From an uncultured Clostridia bacterium (GTDB lineage Bacteria; Bacillota; Clostridia; Oscillospirales; Ruminococcaceae), in NCBI GenBank assembly GCA_944386455.1, contig CALXBC010000003.1, positions 29,872-93,871 on the forward strand: 64,000 nt of DNA, written 5' to 3'. The first letter of the stretch is position 1. Each line of letters opens with the position of its first letter. Position numbers and translations under genes: made by a program. Below, one piece after another: positions 8,738 through 18,384 of the stretch. The notes under the pieces are model-generated. The model ran no database searches. It saw only the letters and a list, made by a program, of their open reading frames with translations, and was not told the origin of the DNA.

Positions 8738-9883
8738 ATGAAAATTTTGCTGGTAACGGACCAGTATTATTCCGCCAATAACGGAGTCACGATCTCTGCA
8801 AGGCGGTTTGCAAAAGTATTGTGTGAGCACGGACATGAGGTGCGCATTCTAAGCTATGGGGAAAAACAGGATGTCTCGGACCCGGACTCCGCTTACCTGC
8901 TGCCGAAGCTGACTGTCCCCATTTTTGACGGCCTGATTTCTGCACAGGGCATGACCTTTGCATGGCCGGATAAAGATATTATTCGGAAGGCTGTGGCGTG
9001 GGCTGACCTTGTTCATGTTCTGCTGCCGTTTGCCTTGTCGCACCGCTGCATCAAAATTGCGCAGGAAATGCACAAGCCATATACGGGCGCCTTTCACGTC
9101 CAGCCGGAAAACATCACTTCTTCCATCCATATGGCGAAGGTGCAGTTTATTAACGCAGGCGTTTACCGCTGGTTTCATCATTATGTATACCGTCACTGCA
9201 GCCATATTCATTGTCCCAGCAACTTTATTGCGGGAGAATTGAAGCGGCGGGGATACACGGAACAGCTTCATGTTATTTCCAACGGGATCGACCCCGATTT
9301 TGTTTACCGCAAACTGCCAAAGACAGACCAGTTCGCCGGAAAATTCGTGATTTTGATGGTGGGGCGTCTCTCTGTTGAAAAGAGGCAGAACATTCTGATT
9401 CAGGCGGTGGCAAAATCAAAGTACGCCGACCGGATTCAGCTGGTCCTTGCGGGAGAGGGGCCGCGGAAAAAACCGCTGAAGCGGCAGGGCAGCAAGCTGC
9501 CGAACCCCGTGTATATTCACTTTTTTCAAAAACAGGAGCTGCTGGATATGATCGCCGTGAGTGACCTATATGTCCATGCAGCCAGTATGGAAGCCGAGGC
9601 AATGTCCTGTATGGAAGCGTTTGCAAGCGGACTGGTTCCAATCATTGCGAACAGCAAAAAATCCGCCACACCCCAGTTTGCGTTGGATGAACGCAGCTTG
9701 TTCAAAGCAGATGACAGTACCGAGCTTGCCCATAAAATTGATTACTGGATCGAGCATGAAGCACAGCGAAAAGAAATGGAGCACGCCTACAGCGAGCTGG
9801 GCAGGCGATATAATCTGGAGTTTTGCGTCAGAGAAATCGAAAAAATGTTTGAAGCGGCTGTTGCAGAAAACACCAAAAAATGA
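8738..9883 (+). CDS. Glycosyltransferase family 4 (GT-B), possible glycolipid synthase
   Basis: MKILLVTDQYYSANNGV start with GGAAAGGAA Shine-Dalgarno. EX7E-like region ...HAASMEAEAMSCMEAFASGLVPI. The in-frame upstream ATG 8615 has no Shine-Dalgarno. Confidence 0.8.
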   Translation: MKILLVTDQYYSANNGVTISARRFAKVLCEHGHEVRILSYGEKQDVSDPDSAYLLPKLTVPIFDGLISAQGMTFAWPDKDIIRKAVAWADLVHVLLPFALSHRCIKIAQEMHKPYTGAFHVQPENITSSIHMAKVQFINAGVYRWFHHYVYRHCSHIHCPSNFIAGELKRRGYTEQLHVISNGIDPDFVYRKLPKTDQFAGKFVILMVGRLSVEKRQNILIQAVAKSKYADRIQLVLAGEGPRKKPLKRQGSKLPNPVYIHFFQKQELLDMIAVSDLYVHAASMEAEAMSCMEAFASGLVPIIANSKKSATPQFALDERSLFKADDSTELAHKIDYWIEHEAQRKEMEHAYSELGRRYNLEFCVREIEKMFEAAVAENTKK

Positions 9884-9934
9884 ATGCGCCTTGTTTGGCG
9901 GCCGCGGCAGCAGAAAGAGAAAGGTGTGAAAATC

Positions 9935-10684
9935 ATGGAGCAGCAGACTCGTCAGACGGCTGAAGCAGAAGAAGCTGAACGCGTTTTTCACATGTGGGAG
10001 CCTTTGCGGTTTGAGACCGTGCAGGGCTATGACTATCAGCGCAAGGGGCTTTTGCCCAGCACCGGCAATGCGCTGCTTCGGATATTTGTTGATCTTATTT
10101 TAAGTGTTTTTGACAAGATCGCGTTTGGTTTTCGGATAGAAGGACAGGAAAATCTGAAATTATTGGGAGAGCGTGGTGCAGTGACCATATGCAACCATCT
10201 TCATCCGCTGGACTGTTCCATGGTGGATTTGGCGGTCAGACGGCGGCGGATTTACTATATTACGCTGGAAGCCAACTTTCGTATCCCCGTAATCCGCCAT
10301 CTGATCCGCATATTGGGGGCTGTTCCGCTGCCGCATAAAAGTCATACCTCACGGGAGCTGTTTGACGCCATGGCACGGGCGGTTCAGGATGGTGCCTGCG
10401 TGCAGATCTACCCGGAAGGTGTGATGGTGCCATATTGCAGAAAGCTGCGCAGTTTTCGCAACGGTGCTTTTCGGCTGGCCGTAAAAAGCGGTGCGCCGAT
10501 CCTTCCGATGGTAATTGTACAGAGAAAGCCGTCTGGCATTTACCGCTTGTACAAAAACAAGCCCTGCCTGACTCTAAAGGTCCTGCCGCCTATTGAAGCG
10601 GATCCGTCACTGGGAAAACGGGAAGCTGCGGATGACCTGAAACAGCGCTGCTTTGACGCCATGGAGCAGGCAATGCGCGGCTGA
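9935..10684 (+). CDS. Lysophospholipid (1-acyl-sn-glycerol-3-phosphate) acyltransferase family protein
   Basis: HX4D motif NHLHPLD and YPEG motif (VQIYPEGVM). GAAAGG Shine-Dalgarno precedes ATG 9935. Confidence 0.8.
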   Translation: MEQQTRQTAEAEEAERVFHMWEPLRFETVQGYDYQRKGLLPSTGNALLRIFVDLILSVFDKIAFGFRIEGQENLKLLGERGAVTICNHLHPLDCSMVDLAVRRRRIYYITLEANFRIPVIRHLIRILGAVPLPHKSHTSRELFDAMARAVQDGACVQIYPEGVMVPYCRKLRSFRNGAFRLAVKSGAPILPMVIVQRKPSGIYRLYKNKPCLTLKVLPPIEADPSLGKREAADDLKQRCFDAMEQAMRG

Positions 10685-10727
10685 TTTCAGGTGAAAAACT
10701 GATTTTTGAAAAAATTATCATTTAGCC

Positions 10728-10756
10728 TTGAAAAAAGCTTTTTGATGTGCTATAAT
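10728..10756 (+). promoter_or_regulatory. Promoter of tRNA-Arg
   Basis: TTGAAA, 17 nt spacer, TATAAT. The -10 box ends 15 nt before the tRNA 5' end. Confidence 0.6.
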
Positions 10757-10771
10757 AAATAAGCTTTATAA

Positions 10772-10848
10772 GCGCCTGTAGCTCAGTTGGATAGAGCAAT
10801 GGCCTCCGACGCCATGTGCCGCTGGTTCGAATCCAGTCAGGCGTACCA
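10772..10848 (+). tRNA. tRNA-Arg (anticodon CCG), CCA encoded
   Basis: A cloverleaf folded by hand: acceptor GCGCCTG/CAGGCGT, D arm GCTC..GAGC, anticodon arm ATGGC-CTCCGAC-GCCAT, T arm GCTGG-TTCGAAT-CCAGT. 77 nt. Confidence 0.92.
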
Positions 10849-10852
10849 CCAG

Positions 10853-10894
10853 GCTGAGCCTGGACGCAATTCGCGTTCTGGGCTCAGTTTTTTA
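10853..10894 (+). terminator. Terminator after tRNA-Arg
   Basis: CTGAGCC...GGCTCAG stem followed by TTTTTT. Confidence 0.7.
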
Positions 10895-11254
10895 TTTTGC
10901 CTTTTTCCTCGTGTTTTCAGTGGGGATTTATTTGCTCCCCATTTCGCCGCAAGCAATATGCAGCTGGCGGCGATTTTTGTTACAAATCACTGCCGCACAC
11001 ATTCTGTTGCGTTTTTCTTTTCACAATAAGTATCCGCTCGGCTGCAAGCGCCTTTGAAACAGCTCATTGCAGCTACCAGCCTTGTACGCATTCAAATCTA
11101 TATTTTACTATTTTTCTTACTGTAAATATGATGATTTGTCTCATTTTTAAGGATTGCTTTATTTATAATTGTTAAATCAGTTGATTTTTAAATCTGTTTT
11201 TGCTATATTTAGATTATATAACAGTCAGGATTCATCCGAGCAGAGGTGTTCGCC

Positions 11255-12655
11255 ATGGAAATTTACCGAAAACGATGCGAAGAACTGAATAAGGCCAGGG
11301 AAATCCTTTACCGTAAAATCAAATCCTCCCTGCCGCAGGAGGAAAAAGACAAACCATACACCGATCTTGAAAAATATCTGGATCTGGTCTATGAAATCAA
11401 GCGGAAAGATGAATCCGTTCCGGTTTACAGCAAGGCGATCCAAACGGCGCTGGACAACGAAGCAGCCGTTTATATCCCTTATTTTGACCATCCGCTGTAT
11501 CTGACAGGGCCTATCGTTTTGAACAGCGGCAACTCTTTAAAAGTCCATCCGGATACCCGCCTGATCCTCATAGGAGACACTTGCATGCTCCATAACCGCA
11601 ATGTTATGGACGGGCACTATAATGTGCTGTCCCCGGGTCCGCACAGCGACCGCGGCATATCCGTTTCGGGCGGGATCTGGGAACTGCCGGACACCGTGCG
11701 TCTCAATGATGACCCATACCGGGACTATCCGGGCTGTGATGCGGGATTTGTGCTGCACAACATCATAAACGTGCGGGTGGAAAACATGCTGATCCGCAAT
11801 ACCAACAGGATGGGGCTGCAGCTGGGTAACTGTGATGGCTTCGTCGTACAGGATATTCGATTTGAAAACGCAGGACGGGACGGGATCCATCTGGAAGGTC
11901 CTGCGGCAAACGGCGTCGTCAGAAAAATTGAAGGCCGCGTCGGTGACGATGCGGTGGCTTTGAATGCATGGGACTGGACAAATGCAAGCCTGACCTTTGG
12001 TGCAATCCACGACGTGATCGTGGAGGATATCGCCTGTGAGCCCGGATATCTCTGGTCGGAAATGCGGCTGCATCCTGGGAACAAAGAGCTCCCGGACGGC
12101 CGAATCATTGAATGCCCGCTTTACAACATCATTTTCAAGAACATCAGCGGCGTGCATACCATTAAGCTGTACAACCAGCCCAATCTGATGCCCGGACAAA
12201 ACAAGGATCACAGCACGGGAATCGGCTGCCTGTATCATATTTTCTTTGAAGACATCACCTTTGACTATCTGGATGAAAAAGACTATTACACACAGAAAGA
12301 CGCGGCATTTGAGCTGCATGCCGATACATATGACATCAGCTTTCATAATATTCATTTCAACTATCCGCTTTGTGATGAAAAATACAGCGGTTATCACGCT
12401 GTTGCCGTGGGACCGATGTCCGTCACATGGAAAATAACAGAGGACCCCAAGGACTGGATCGATTTCTTTGAAGCGAACAGTATATGCAAGGTCAGCCGCC
12501 TGGCGTTAGAGGATATCTCTGTCAACGGAGAGCGCTGTACCGATCTCGACAAGCTGCTGTATATCAGGCGGCTTACCGTGAATCCTGATTATCCCAAAAC
12601 CACCCCCAAGGGCGGAACCGGCTTTGGGGCAGTCGACAGCCTTTATATTGACTGA
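11255..12655 (+). CDS. Right-handed beta-helix protein, GH28/pectate-lyase-superfamily-like, no signal peptide
   Basis: Repetitive beta-helix rungs. GRDGIHLEG and GDDAVALNAW resemble the NTDGI / GDDCIAIK motifs of GH28. GAGG Shine-Dalgarno precedes ATG 11255. Confidence 0.6.
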   Translation: MEIYRKRCEELNKAREILYRKIKSSLPQEEKDKPYTDLEKYLDLVYEIKRKDESVPVYSKAIQTALDNEAAVYIPYFDHPLYLTGPIVLNSGNSLKVHPDTRLILIGDTCMLHNRNVMDGHYNVLSPGPHSDRGISVSGGIWELPDTVRLNDDPYRDYPGCDAGFVLHNIINVRVENMLIRNTNRMGLQLGNCDGFVVQDIRFENAGRDGIHLEGPAANGVVRKIEGRVGDDAVALNAWDWTNASLTFGAIHDVIVEDIACEPGYLWSEMRLHPGNKELPDGRIIECPLYNIIFKNISGVHTIKLYNQPNLMPGQNKDHSTGIGCLYHIFFEDITFDYLDEKDYYTQKDAAFELHADTYDISFHNIHFNYPLCDEKYSGYHAVAVGPMSVTWKITEDPKDWIDFFEANSICKVSRLALEDISVNGERCTDLDKLLYIRRLTVNPDYPKTTPKGGTGFGAVDSLYID

Positions 12656-12726
12656 TCCGGGCCGTTTCCCTACAGAAGCAAAAACAGGGCGGAAATTCAC
12701 ATATTCCACCCTGTTTTTATTTCACC

Positions 12727-13800
12727 TTATTTTACCCGTTTCAGATATCCCCCGCCGCAGTGCAGATTTCCGTCCTGGCCGTATATCCGGTGCTGGACTG
12801 GGTTCTGTATCCTGCTGACAGTATCGAATACATAGCCTTCCTTGCGCAGGGCGGATATGATCTCAGGAAGTGCTTCGCACAAATGGACATTGCGCTGTGC
12901 ATCATGCATCAAAATCACAGGCTCATTATACTTGAGTGCTTCCGGTATGATCCGCGCCAGCAGCTGTTCCTTGGTGGGCACAGTTTTGGAGGCGTCTCCG
13001 GCAGAAACGTTCCAATCGTTATGTATGGCATTTATTTCCTTCATCATAAACAGGATGCTGTTAAGAATGTCTGGATCAGCATACTTTTTGGAAATGCTGC
13101 TGCCGCCGGGGAAACGGTATTGCAGCGTGGGCTCCGGATTCCCGGTCACTCTTTGAATCCATTCCCGGGCGGTCTGAAAATCCGCTAAAAACGCTTCTTT
13201 GGATGCATAAATCTTGTGATAGTCATGGGTCGCGCTGTGCACTGCAATTTCGTGTCCCTCATCGTATGCACGCTTCATGACCGCTTCCGGCGCGGGGTCC
13301 TGCTTACAGACCACAAAAAAAGTGGCTTTTACCCCCTGTTCCTTCAGAATATCGAGTACCTGCGGCGTCAGTGCCGTAGGACCGTCATCAAAGGTCAGAT
13401 AGGCTGTATTCTGCGGATTTGGAACAGGCTTGGCCGATCTCTGTCCTTCTGAAGATGGTTTTGACTCCGGGCGCTGCTCCACTGCCGAAGACGAAGGCGT
13501 TGCCGAAGCTGATGAGGACATGATGGCTGACGGTATACTCACCGCTGCTTCCGGGCTGCTTTGTGTCACTGCTTCGGCCGAACTGATTGCAGCAGCAGAG
13601 GACAAGTGACCGGATGAAGAACCGGCTTTGGATGATGCTTTTGCAGAAACAGTGGATTCTGCCCGGTCTGACGTACTGTCTGAGACCGCTTTATTTGTCA
13701 TGACCGTTTTATATGAAACACATCCTGCAATCGGCAGAAGCCCCAGAACAGACAGAGCGAAAAGCAGAAACAACAGACCGTATTTTTTCACCGCACTCAC
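12727..13800 (-). CDS. Polysaccharide deacetylase (NodB homology, CE4) lipoprotein with Ser-rich linker
   Basis: Lipobox LLPIAGC, about 100 aa of Ser/Ala-rich linker, then TFDDGP, ...HSATH... and LMHD motifs. Confidence 0.85.
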   Translation of the reverse strand: MSAVKKYGLLFLLFALSVLGLLPIAGCVSYKTVMTNKAVSDSTSDRAESTVSAKASSKAGSSSGHLSSAAAISSAEAVTQSSPEAAVSIPSAIMSSSASATPSSSAVEQRPESKPSSEGQRSAKPVPNPQNTAYLTFDDGPTALTPQVLDILKEQGVKATFFVVCKQDPAPEAVMKRAYDEGHEIAVHSATHDYHKIYASKEAFLADFQTAREWIQRVTGNPEPTLQYRFPGGSSISKKYADPDILNSILFMMKEINAIHNDWNVSAGDASKTVPTKEQLLARIIPEALKYNEPVILMHDAQRNVHLCEALPEIISALRKEGYVFDTVSRIQNPVQHRIYGQDGNLHCGGGYLKRVK

Positions 13801-14061
13801 CTCTCTTTCTTTTAATTATAGCAAAGAATGTGCAGGCTGCAAGGGCTATTACGGGATTGTAATAAATGTTGCCACATTGTAATTGCGCAATGACAAAACG
13901 GATTTTATACGATGATTCAGTGTACCTGCTCACAAGTGGATCATCCGTCTTGGTGTCACAGCCGGATTGCCTGAAAAAAGGAAGCCGATTGTTCAAAAGC
14001 AGTCGACTTCCTTTTTCTTCTGTGCTATAATGAGATCAAATAATGAAAAGGGGACAAAATC

Positions 14062-15471
14062 ATGTGGATTCGATATGAAAAGCGTCTCAAACAGAAAAAA
14101 ATTCTGGATGGGATCCGATCGTTGCTGGAACTGTGTGACAAGGAGTTTATTCCGCCGTTGTCCCAAAGAGAATCCACAACGCAGCGGGGGTTGAATGGGA
14201 ACGGAGAACCGGGCGGCGCCTTGGACCGTTATTTTTCGGGGATTCGCTTTCAGGAGGCGCTGATTGCCCTGGAAAACGGAAAGGTGATTGGCTTTATGTC
14301 CTTTCGCAGAAATTATGTAAGCCCGGAAATTCCGCCGTCTTTTTCCCCGAATCTTTATATTACGACAGTGATTGTTCATCCCGATTTTCGCAGGAGAGGG
14401 ATTACCAACCGGTTTTACCACGAACTGATCGAGCGGTTTATCGGTTATCATATCTTTACCCGCACCTGGTCTACCAATCTTTCTCATGCGGGTATTCTGT
14501 CTGATCATAAGTTTTATGAATACTGCCGCATTAAGAATGACCGCGGACCCGGCGTTGATACCGTTTATTACCATCATCTTCCGCTCAAGCGCACCAGATG
14601 GCAGGTCGTCCGTCAGTACCGTCTGACAGGCAGTCTGCTGTTCCTTTCTCTGCTGGTAGGACTGACCGTTTTGTTTTTGCTGATATGGCTGCTAACGGAC
14701 GGCGGGATTTTGCATGAACTGTCGATTGCGTTTTCCACCTCGCTGATTGCTTCAGCCCTTTGCCTGCTTTCAGAAACGCTGCTGAAATATCGGGAATCGA
14801 AAAACGATGAATATATCAATACCCTCAAAAGCTTTGGCATTGAAAATCTGCGGTTTCAAAAGGACGAGCTGCTGGAGTCCGCCATTCCGTCCTGTTCTCA
14901 TGAAATCTGGATTTCAGGCTATCGTCTGATCATGACCTCCAAGGCGTCTTTTCGGGAAGCACTCTGCACCGCATGCAGAAGGTCCCGCGGGTTGAAGGTC
15001 AGAGTCCTGACTGTCGCTCCCTGGAGTGATACGTTCCGCTATGTTTATGGAAAAGAGCCTGTGGCGGACAACTACATCAAGGTGCTGTATGATCTTTGCA
15101 GGTGTGTGCAGGAGTATAATACCGTGCTGGAAGTCCGAATGACCGAAAAGCCGTTGTTTAACGACACCTATAAGGTGGACAGCCGGTTTATCACCAGTCC
15201 CTATCTCCACTGCACCGATCCCGGTCAGCAGAAAATCACAGCAAAGGACTTTTTTTCTCTCGACATCAACGATCCTGAAAAAGAACTGTTCGGCCTCGTG
15301 GAAAAGGATTACACTGCGGTATGGGATACCGCTTCGCTTCAGCTGGATATATCCTCGTTCTGGGAATCTTTTTCTGCCGCGGATGTCGGAATGCTCAGCG
15401 ACGAGGAAAAGCTCGCTCATCTGAAGCGGTACTGCATAAAACGGGAGCAGGAAGAAAACACGGAAGGGTGA
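14062..15471 (+). CDS. Fusion protein: N-terminal GNAT acetyltransferase, 2 TM helices, uncharacterised C-terminal soluble domain
   Basis: GNAT core VIGFMSFRR...ITTVIVHPDFRRRGITNRFYHELI. Transmembrane helices LTGSLLFLSLLVGLTVLFLLIWLL and ELSIAFSTSLIASALCLLSETLL. The C-terminal roughly 230 aa has an alternating beta/alpha pattern with no HKD motif. Confidence 0.6.
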   Translation: MWIRYEKRLKQKKILDGIRSLLELCDKEFIPPLSQRESTTQRGLNGNGEPGGALDRYFSGIRFQEALIALENGKVIGFMSFRRNYVSPEIPPSFSPNLYITTVIVHPDFRRRGITNRFYHELIERFIGYHIFTRTWSTNLSHAGILSDHKFYEYCRIKNDRGPGVDTVYYHHLPLKRTRWQVVRQYRLTGSLLFLSLLVGLTVLFLLIWLLTDGGILHELSIAFSTSLIASALCLLSETLLKYRESKNDEYINTLKSFGIENLRFQKDELLESAIPSCSHEIWISGYRLIMTSKASFREALCTACRRSRGLKVRVLTVAPWSDTFRYVYGKEPVADNYIKVLYDLCRCVQEYNTVLEVRMTEKPLFNDTYKVDSRFITSPYLHCTDPGQQKITAKDFFSLDINDPEKELFGLVEKDYTAVWDTASLQLDISSFWESFSAADVGMLSDEEKLAHLKRYCIKREQEENTEG

Positions 15472-15583
15472 TCCCGTTCCCGGCTTGCGGGAGCAATTCC
15501 CGGTCTGCGGGGTGTCATTCTCTGCAGGGCGGCAGTAAAATAAAAGCAGAAACCGGCTCAACCGCAGGAGAGGATGGATTGTA

Positions 15584-16663
15584 ATGACAGAGCAGAGCAC
15601 GATGGGGCGTTTTCTGGCCGCGCTGCGCAAGGAAAAGGGGCTGACTCAGCAGCAAACGGCTGAAAAACTGGGGGTCTCCAATAAAGCAGTGAGCCGCTGG
15701 GAGCGGGATGAAACGGCACCTGATATTTCCCTGCTGCCTGAAATTGCCGCATTATTCGGCGTTTCCTGCGATGAATTGCTTGGCGGCGGCCGCATTTTCA
15801 AAAGCAGAGATCAGGACAACAACGTACAAAAGGAGCAGAGCCTTCATAAACAGGCAATGTCTCGTTTGACTGTGGCAGTGATGACTGCGGCCGCACTGGA
15901 CACGGCAGGAATCATTCTGCTGTTTCTGGCGGCATACGGACTGGAATCTCCGTTGGTCGGATTGGGACTGTCGCTGCTTATGGCTGTTGCCGGGATCCTG
16001 CTGACCGCATTGGCCTGCAGCCGTCTTTCTGAATCCAGCAAAGAGCAGGGAGAACCGGATGAGCGATTTCGCCGGAAAGAACTGCGGCTGATTCTCACGG
16101 CAGCAGCGTTTACTGTTTCCGCCGCTGTGAGCGGTATTCCGCTGGCTATATTTGGAAAACCGCCCCTTCCTTTTGTGGGTTATCTGTCCCGTCTGCCGCT
16201 GCTGGGGCTGACGGTCCTATGGGTCTGTGTCATCGTTTATTTGTTCTGCCGTCGCAGATTTTTTGGAGATTGGGAATACTGGCAGCAGAATGCTTTACAG
16301 ACGGTTTTTTCGATACTGGTACCTGCGGCCGGGATACTGACTGGCTGGAGATCCGTTGGCGGCAGTGTGCTGTGGCTTATATTGCTTCTGGCGGGGGTTG
16401 TCCTGCCGGTCATCTGGTACGCCTGGAGAAACAGAAGAAACTGCGGGAGGAACATTGCCTGTGGCGTCCGCAACGCCGGCCTGACTGCGGCCGCACTGTC
16501 TGGGCTTTGTTCTTTTTCAGCAGTGTCGCGGTATCATGCGGGCGGCGGCCTGATAGAAACGGAAATTATCTACCGGGCGGAACCGGCTGTGATCGGACTT
16601 TTGCTCCTTGCCGGCACCGTGACGGGGTATGTTCTCTATCATGCACATCGTGAAACGAAATGA
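15584..16663 (+). CDS. XRE-family HTH regulator fused to a polytopic membrane domain
   Basis: FLAALRKEKGLTQQQTAEKLGVSNKAVSRWERDETAPDISLLPEIAALFGVSCDELL, followed by about 7 hydrophobic helices. Confidence 0.8.
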   Translation: MTEQSTMGRFLAALRKEKGLTQQQTAEKLGVSNKAVSRWERDETAPDISLLPEIAALFGVSCDELLGGGRIFKSRDQDNNVQKEQSLHKQAMSRLTVAVMTAAALDTAGIILLFLAAYGLESPLVGLGLSLLMAVAGILLTALACSRLSESSKEQGEPDERFRRKELRLILTAAAFTVSAAVSGIPLAIFGKPPLPFVGYLSRLPLLGLTVLWVCVIVYLFCRRRFFGDWEYWQQNALQTVFSILVPAAGILTGWRSVGGSVLWLILLLAGVVLPVIWYAWRNRRNCGRNIACGVRNAGLTAAALSGLCSFSAVSRYHAGGGLIETEIIYRAEPAVIGLLLLAGTVTGYVLYHAHRETK

Positions 16664-16755
16664 AACCGTATCATATTCTCGATTTCCCTTGACAAGGACA
16701 TTGGGGATTTGGTATGATGACAGCATAATATCATAAAAGCGCCGGAGGAAGTTGG

Positions 16756-17292
16756 ATGAAAAAGAAGGCTTGTCTGCTTTTGGCCTGTGTGACGGCACTG
16801 GGGATTTTGTTTTCGTCTTGTGGAAACAGCAGTGCAGGGGAGGGCGTGATGTCTGACTTTACGACCACAGACCTGGAAGGGAATACCGTGGATGAAAGCG
16901 TATTTGCCGACTATCAGATGACGATGGTGAATGTCTGGGCAACGTTTTGTAAGCCCTGTCTGAGTGAAATGCCCGATCTTGGAGAGCTTGCGGCAGAGTA
17001 TCAGGATAAGGGAGTCCAGATCATGGGTCTTGTTTCCGATACGCTGGATATGGAAGGAAAGCTGGATCAAACACAGGTGGATACGGCAGTCGATATTGTG
17101 GAACAGACCAAAGCGGATTACCGGCATCTGCTGCCGTCAGAGGAATTGTTCGGCTTGCTGAGCCAGATTTCGTCGGTGCCGACCACCTTTTTTGTCAACA
17201 GTAAGGGAGAACAGGTTGGAAGCGCATATCTGGGTGCGCAGAGCAAAGAGGACTGGGAAATCATTATCGAACAGACGCTGGCAGAGCTGTAA
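16756..17292 (+). CDS. TlpA/ResA-like thiol-disulfide oxidoreductase lipoprotein
   Basis: Lipobox ILFSSCG and thioredoxin-fold CXXC WATFCKPCLSEMP. Confidence 0.85.
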   Translation: MKKKACLLLACVTALGILFSSCGNSSAGEGVMSDFTTTDLEGNTVDESVFADYQMTMVNVWATFCKPCLSEMPDLGELAAEYQDKGVQIMGLVSDTLDMEGKLDQTQVDTAVDIVEQTKADYRHLLPSEELFGLLSQISSVPTTFFVNSKGEQVGSAYLGAQSKEDWEIIIEQTLAEL

Positions 17293-17321
17293 AGCGCCTT
17301 TCACGGAAAGGATGGGATCGT

Positions 17322-17468
17322 ATGGCGTTTTGGAAGAGAAATCTGGCGGCACTGCTGTTGCTGCTGCTGGCGATCGTTTTGATTGCGGCCGGTATCCTGA
17401 CCGGGGAGGCTGAGATCGTTTTCCGCAAGGCCGTCAATATTTGTATGGAGTGTATTGGACTTGGGTAA
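17322..17468 (+). CDS. CD1871A-family small CXXC membrane peptide (48 aa)
   Basis: MAFWKRNLAALLLLLLAIVLIAAGILTGEAEIVFRKAVNICMECIGLG. Not in the supplied ORF track because it is under 60 aa. AAGGATGGGA Shine-Dalgarno lies upstream. It overlaps the next gene by 14 nt. Confidence 0.7.
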   Translation: MAFWKRNLAALLLLLLAIVLIAAGILTGEAEIVFRKAVNICMECIGLG

Positions 17469-18384
17469 GCTGTGGTTATCTGTCAGACGGCACCTTCGGA
17501 CATGGGTCCAGCTGTGTTTCACCGCCCTGACAAACGGATATCTGATGGGATTTGTCAAAGGAAAAATCTGGAAGGGACAGACAAAAGCCCTCTGCGTCCC
17601 GGGGCTAAACTGCTATTCCTGTCCGGGGGCGCTTGGTTCCTGTCCCATCGGTTCGCTTCAGGCTGTGCTGGCCAGCCGCGATCATAAGGTTTCGTTTTAT
17701 GTCGTGGGTTTTCTTCTGCTGACCGGCGCAGTGTTTGGCAGATTTGTCTGCGGCTGGCTATGTCCGTTTGGGCTTTTGCAGGACCTTTTGTATAAAATCC
17801 CGTTTGTGAAAAAGCTGCGCAGGCTCCCGGGCGACCGCTGGCTGAAATATTTAAAATATGTGATTTTAACCGGTTTCGTTATCATTCTGCCCCTGACAGT
17901 TCTGGACATTGTGGGCCAGGGACAGCCGTGGTTCTGTAAATATATTTGTCCGTCCGGCACTCTTTTTGCCGGGATTCCGCTGATTGCCTCCAATCCGCTG
18001 CTCCGGTCGGCGCTGGGATGGCTGTTTGCCTGGAAGACAGTGGTGCTGGTGGCGCTGCTGTTTCTCTCGGTTCTGGTTTACCGTCCGTTCTGCCGTTATC
18101 TCTGCCCGCTGGGCGCGGTTTACGGTCTGTTTAACCCGATTGCATTTTACCGCTTCAAAATCGATGAGGGAAAATGCACCAAATGTGGGCTCTGTCAAAA
18201 GGCCTGCAAGCTGGATATCCCTGTGTACCGGAAGCCGAACAGCCCCGAATGCATCCGCTGCGGCGACTGTAAAAAAGCGTGTCCGCATGGTGCAGTATGC
18301 TCCAGCCTGTCGAAAAAACGGCCTTCTGCACCAGTCGATGATCGGACCAAGGAAAAGGGGGAAGAGACGCCCCATGCTGACTGA
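17455..18384 (+). CDS. Membrane polyferredoxin (NapH/NosR-like 4Fe-4S binding protein)
   Basis: CYSCPGALGSCP, CGWLCPFG, CKYICPSG, CRYLCPLG plus two ferredoxin motifs, CTKCGLCQKAC and CIRCGDCKKACP. Confidence 0.82.
   Translation: MDLGKLWLSVRRHLRTWVQLCFTALTNGYLMGFVKGKIWKGQTKALCVPGLNCYSCPGALGSCPIGSLQAVLASRDHKVSFYVVGFLLLTGAVFGRFVCGWLCPFGLLQDLLYKIPFVKKLRRLPGDRWLKYLKYVILTGFVIILPLTVLDIVGQGQPWFCKYICPSGTLFAGIPLIASNPLLRSALGWLFAWKTVVLVALLFLSVLVYRPFCRYLCPLGAVYGLFNPIAFYRFKIDEGKCTKCGLCQKACKLDIPVYRKPNSPECIRCGDCKKACPHGAVCSSLSKKRPSAPVDDRTKEKGEETPHAD

Noticed and set aside
10787-11175. ORFs of 80 and 92 aa overlapping and following tRNA-Arg.
   Set aside because: The first overlaps the tRNA itself. The region is AT-rich and low-complexity, with no Shine-Dalgarno or motifs.
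10849-16663. Possible genomic island integrated at tRNA-Arg (beta-helix hydrolase, deacetylase, GNAT fusion, XRE-membrane regulator).
   Set aside because: There is no integrase. I could find no direct repeat of the tRNA 3' end downstream, and there is no clear GC shift in the coding parts.
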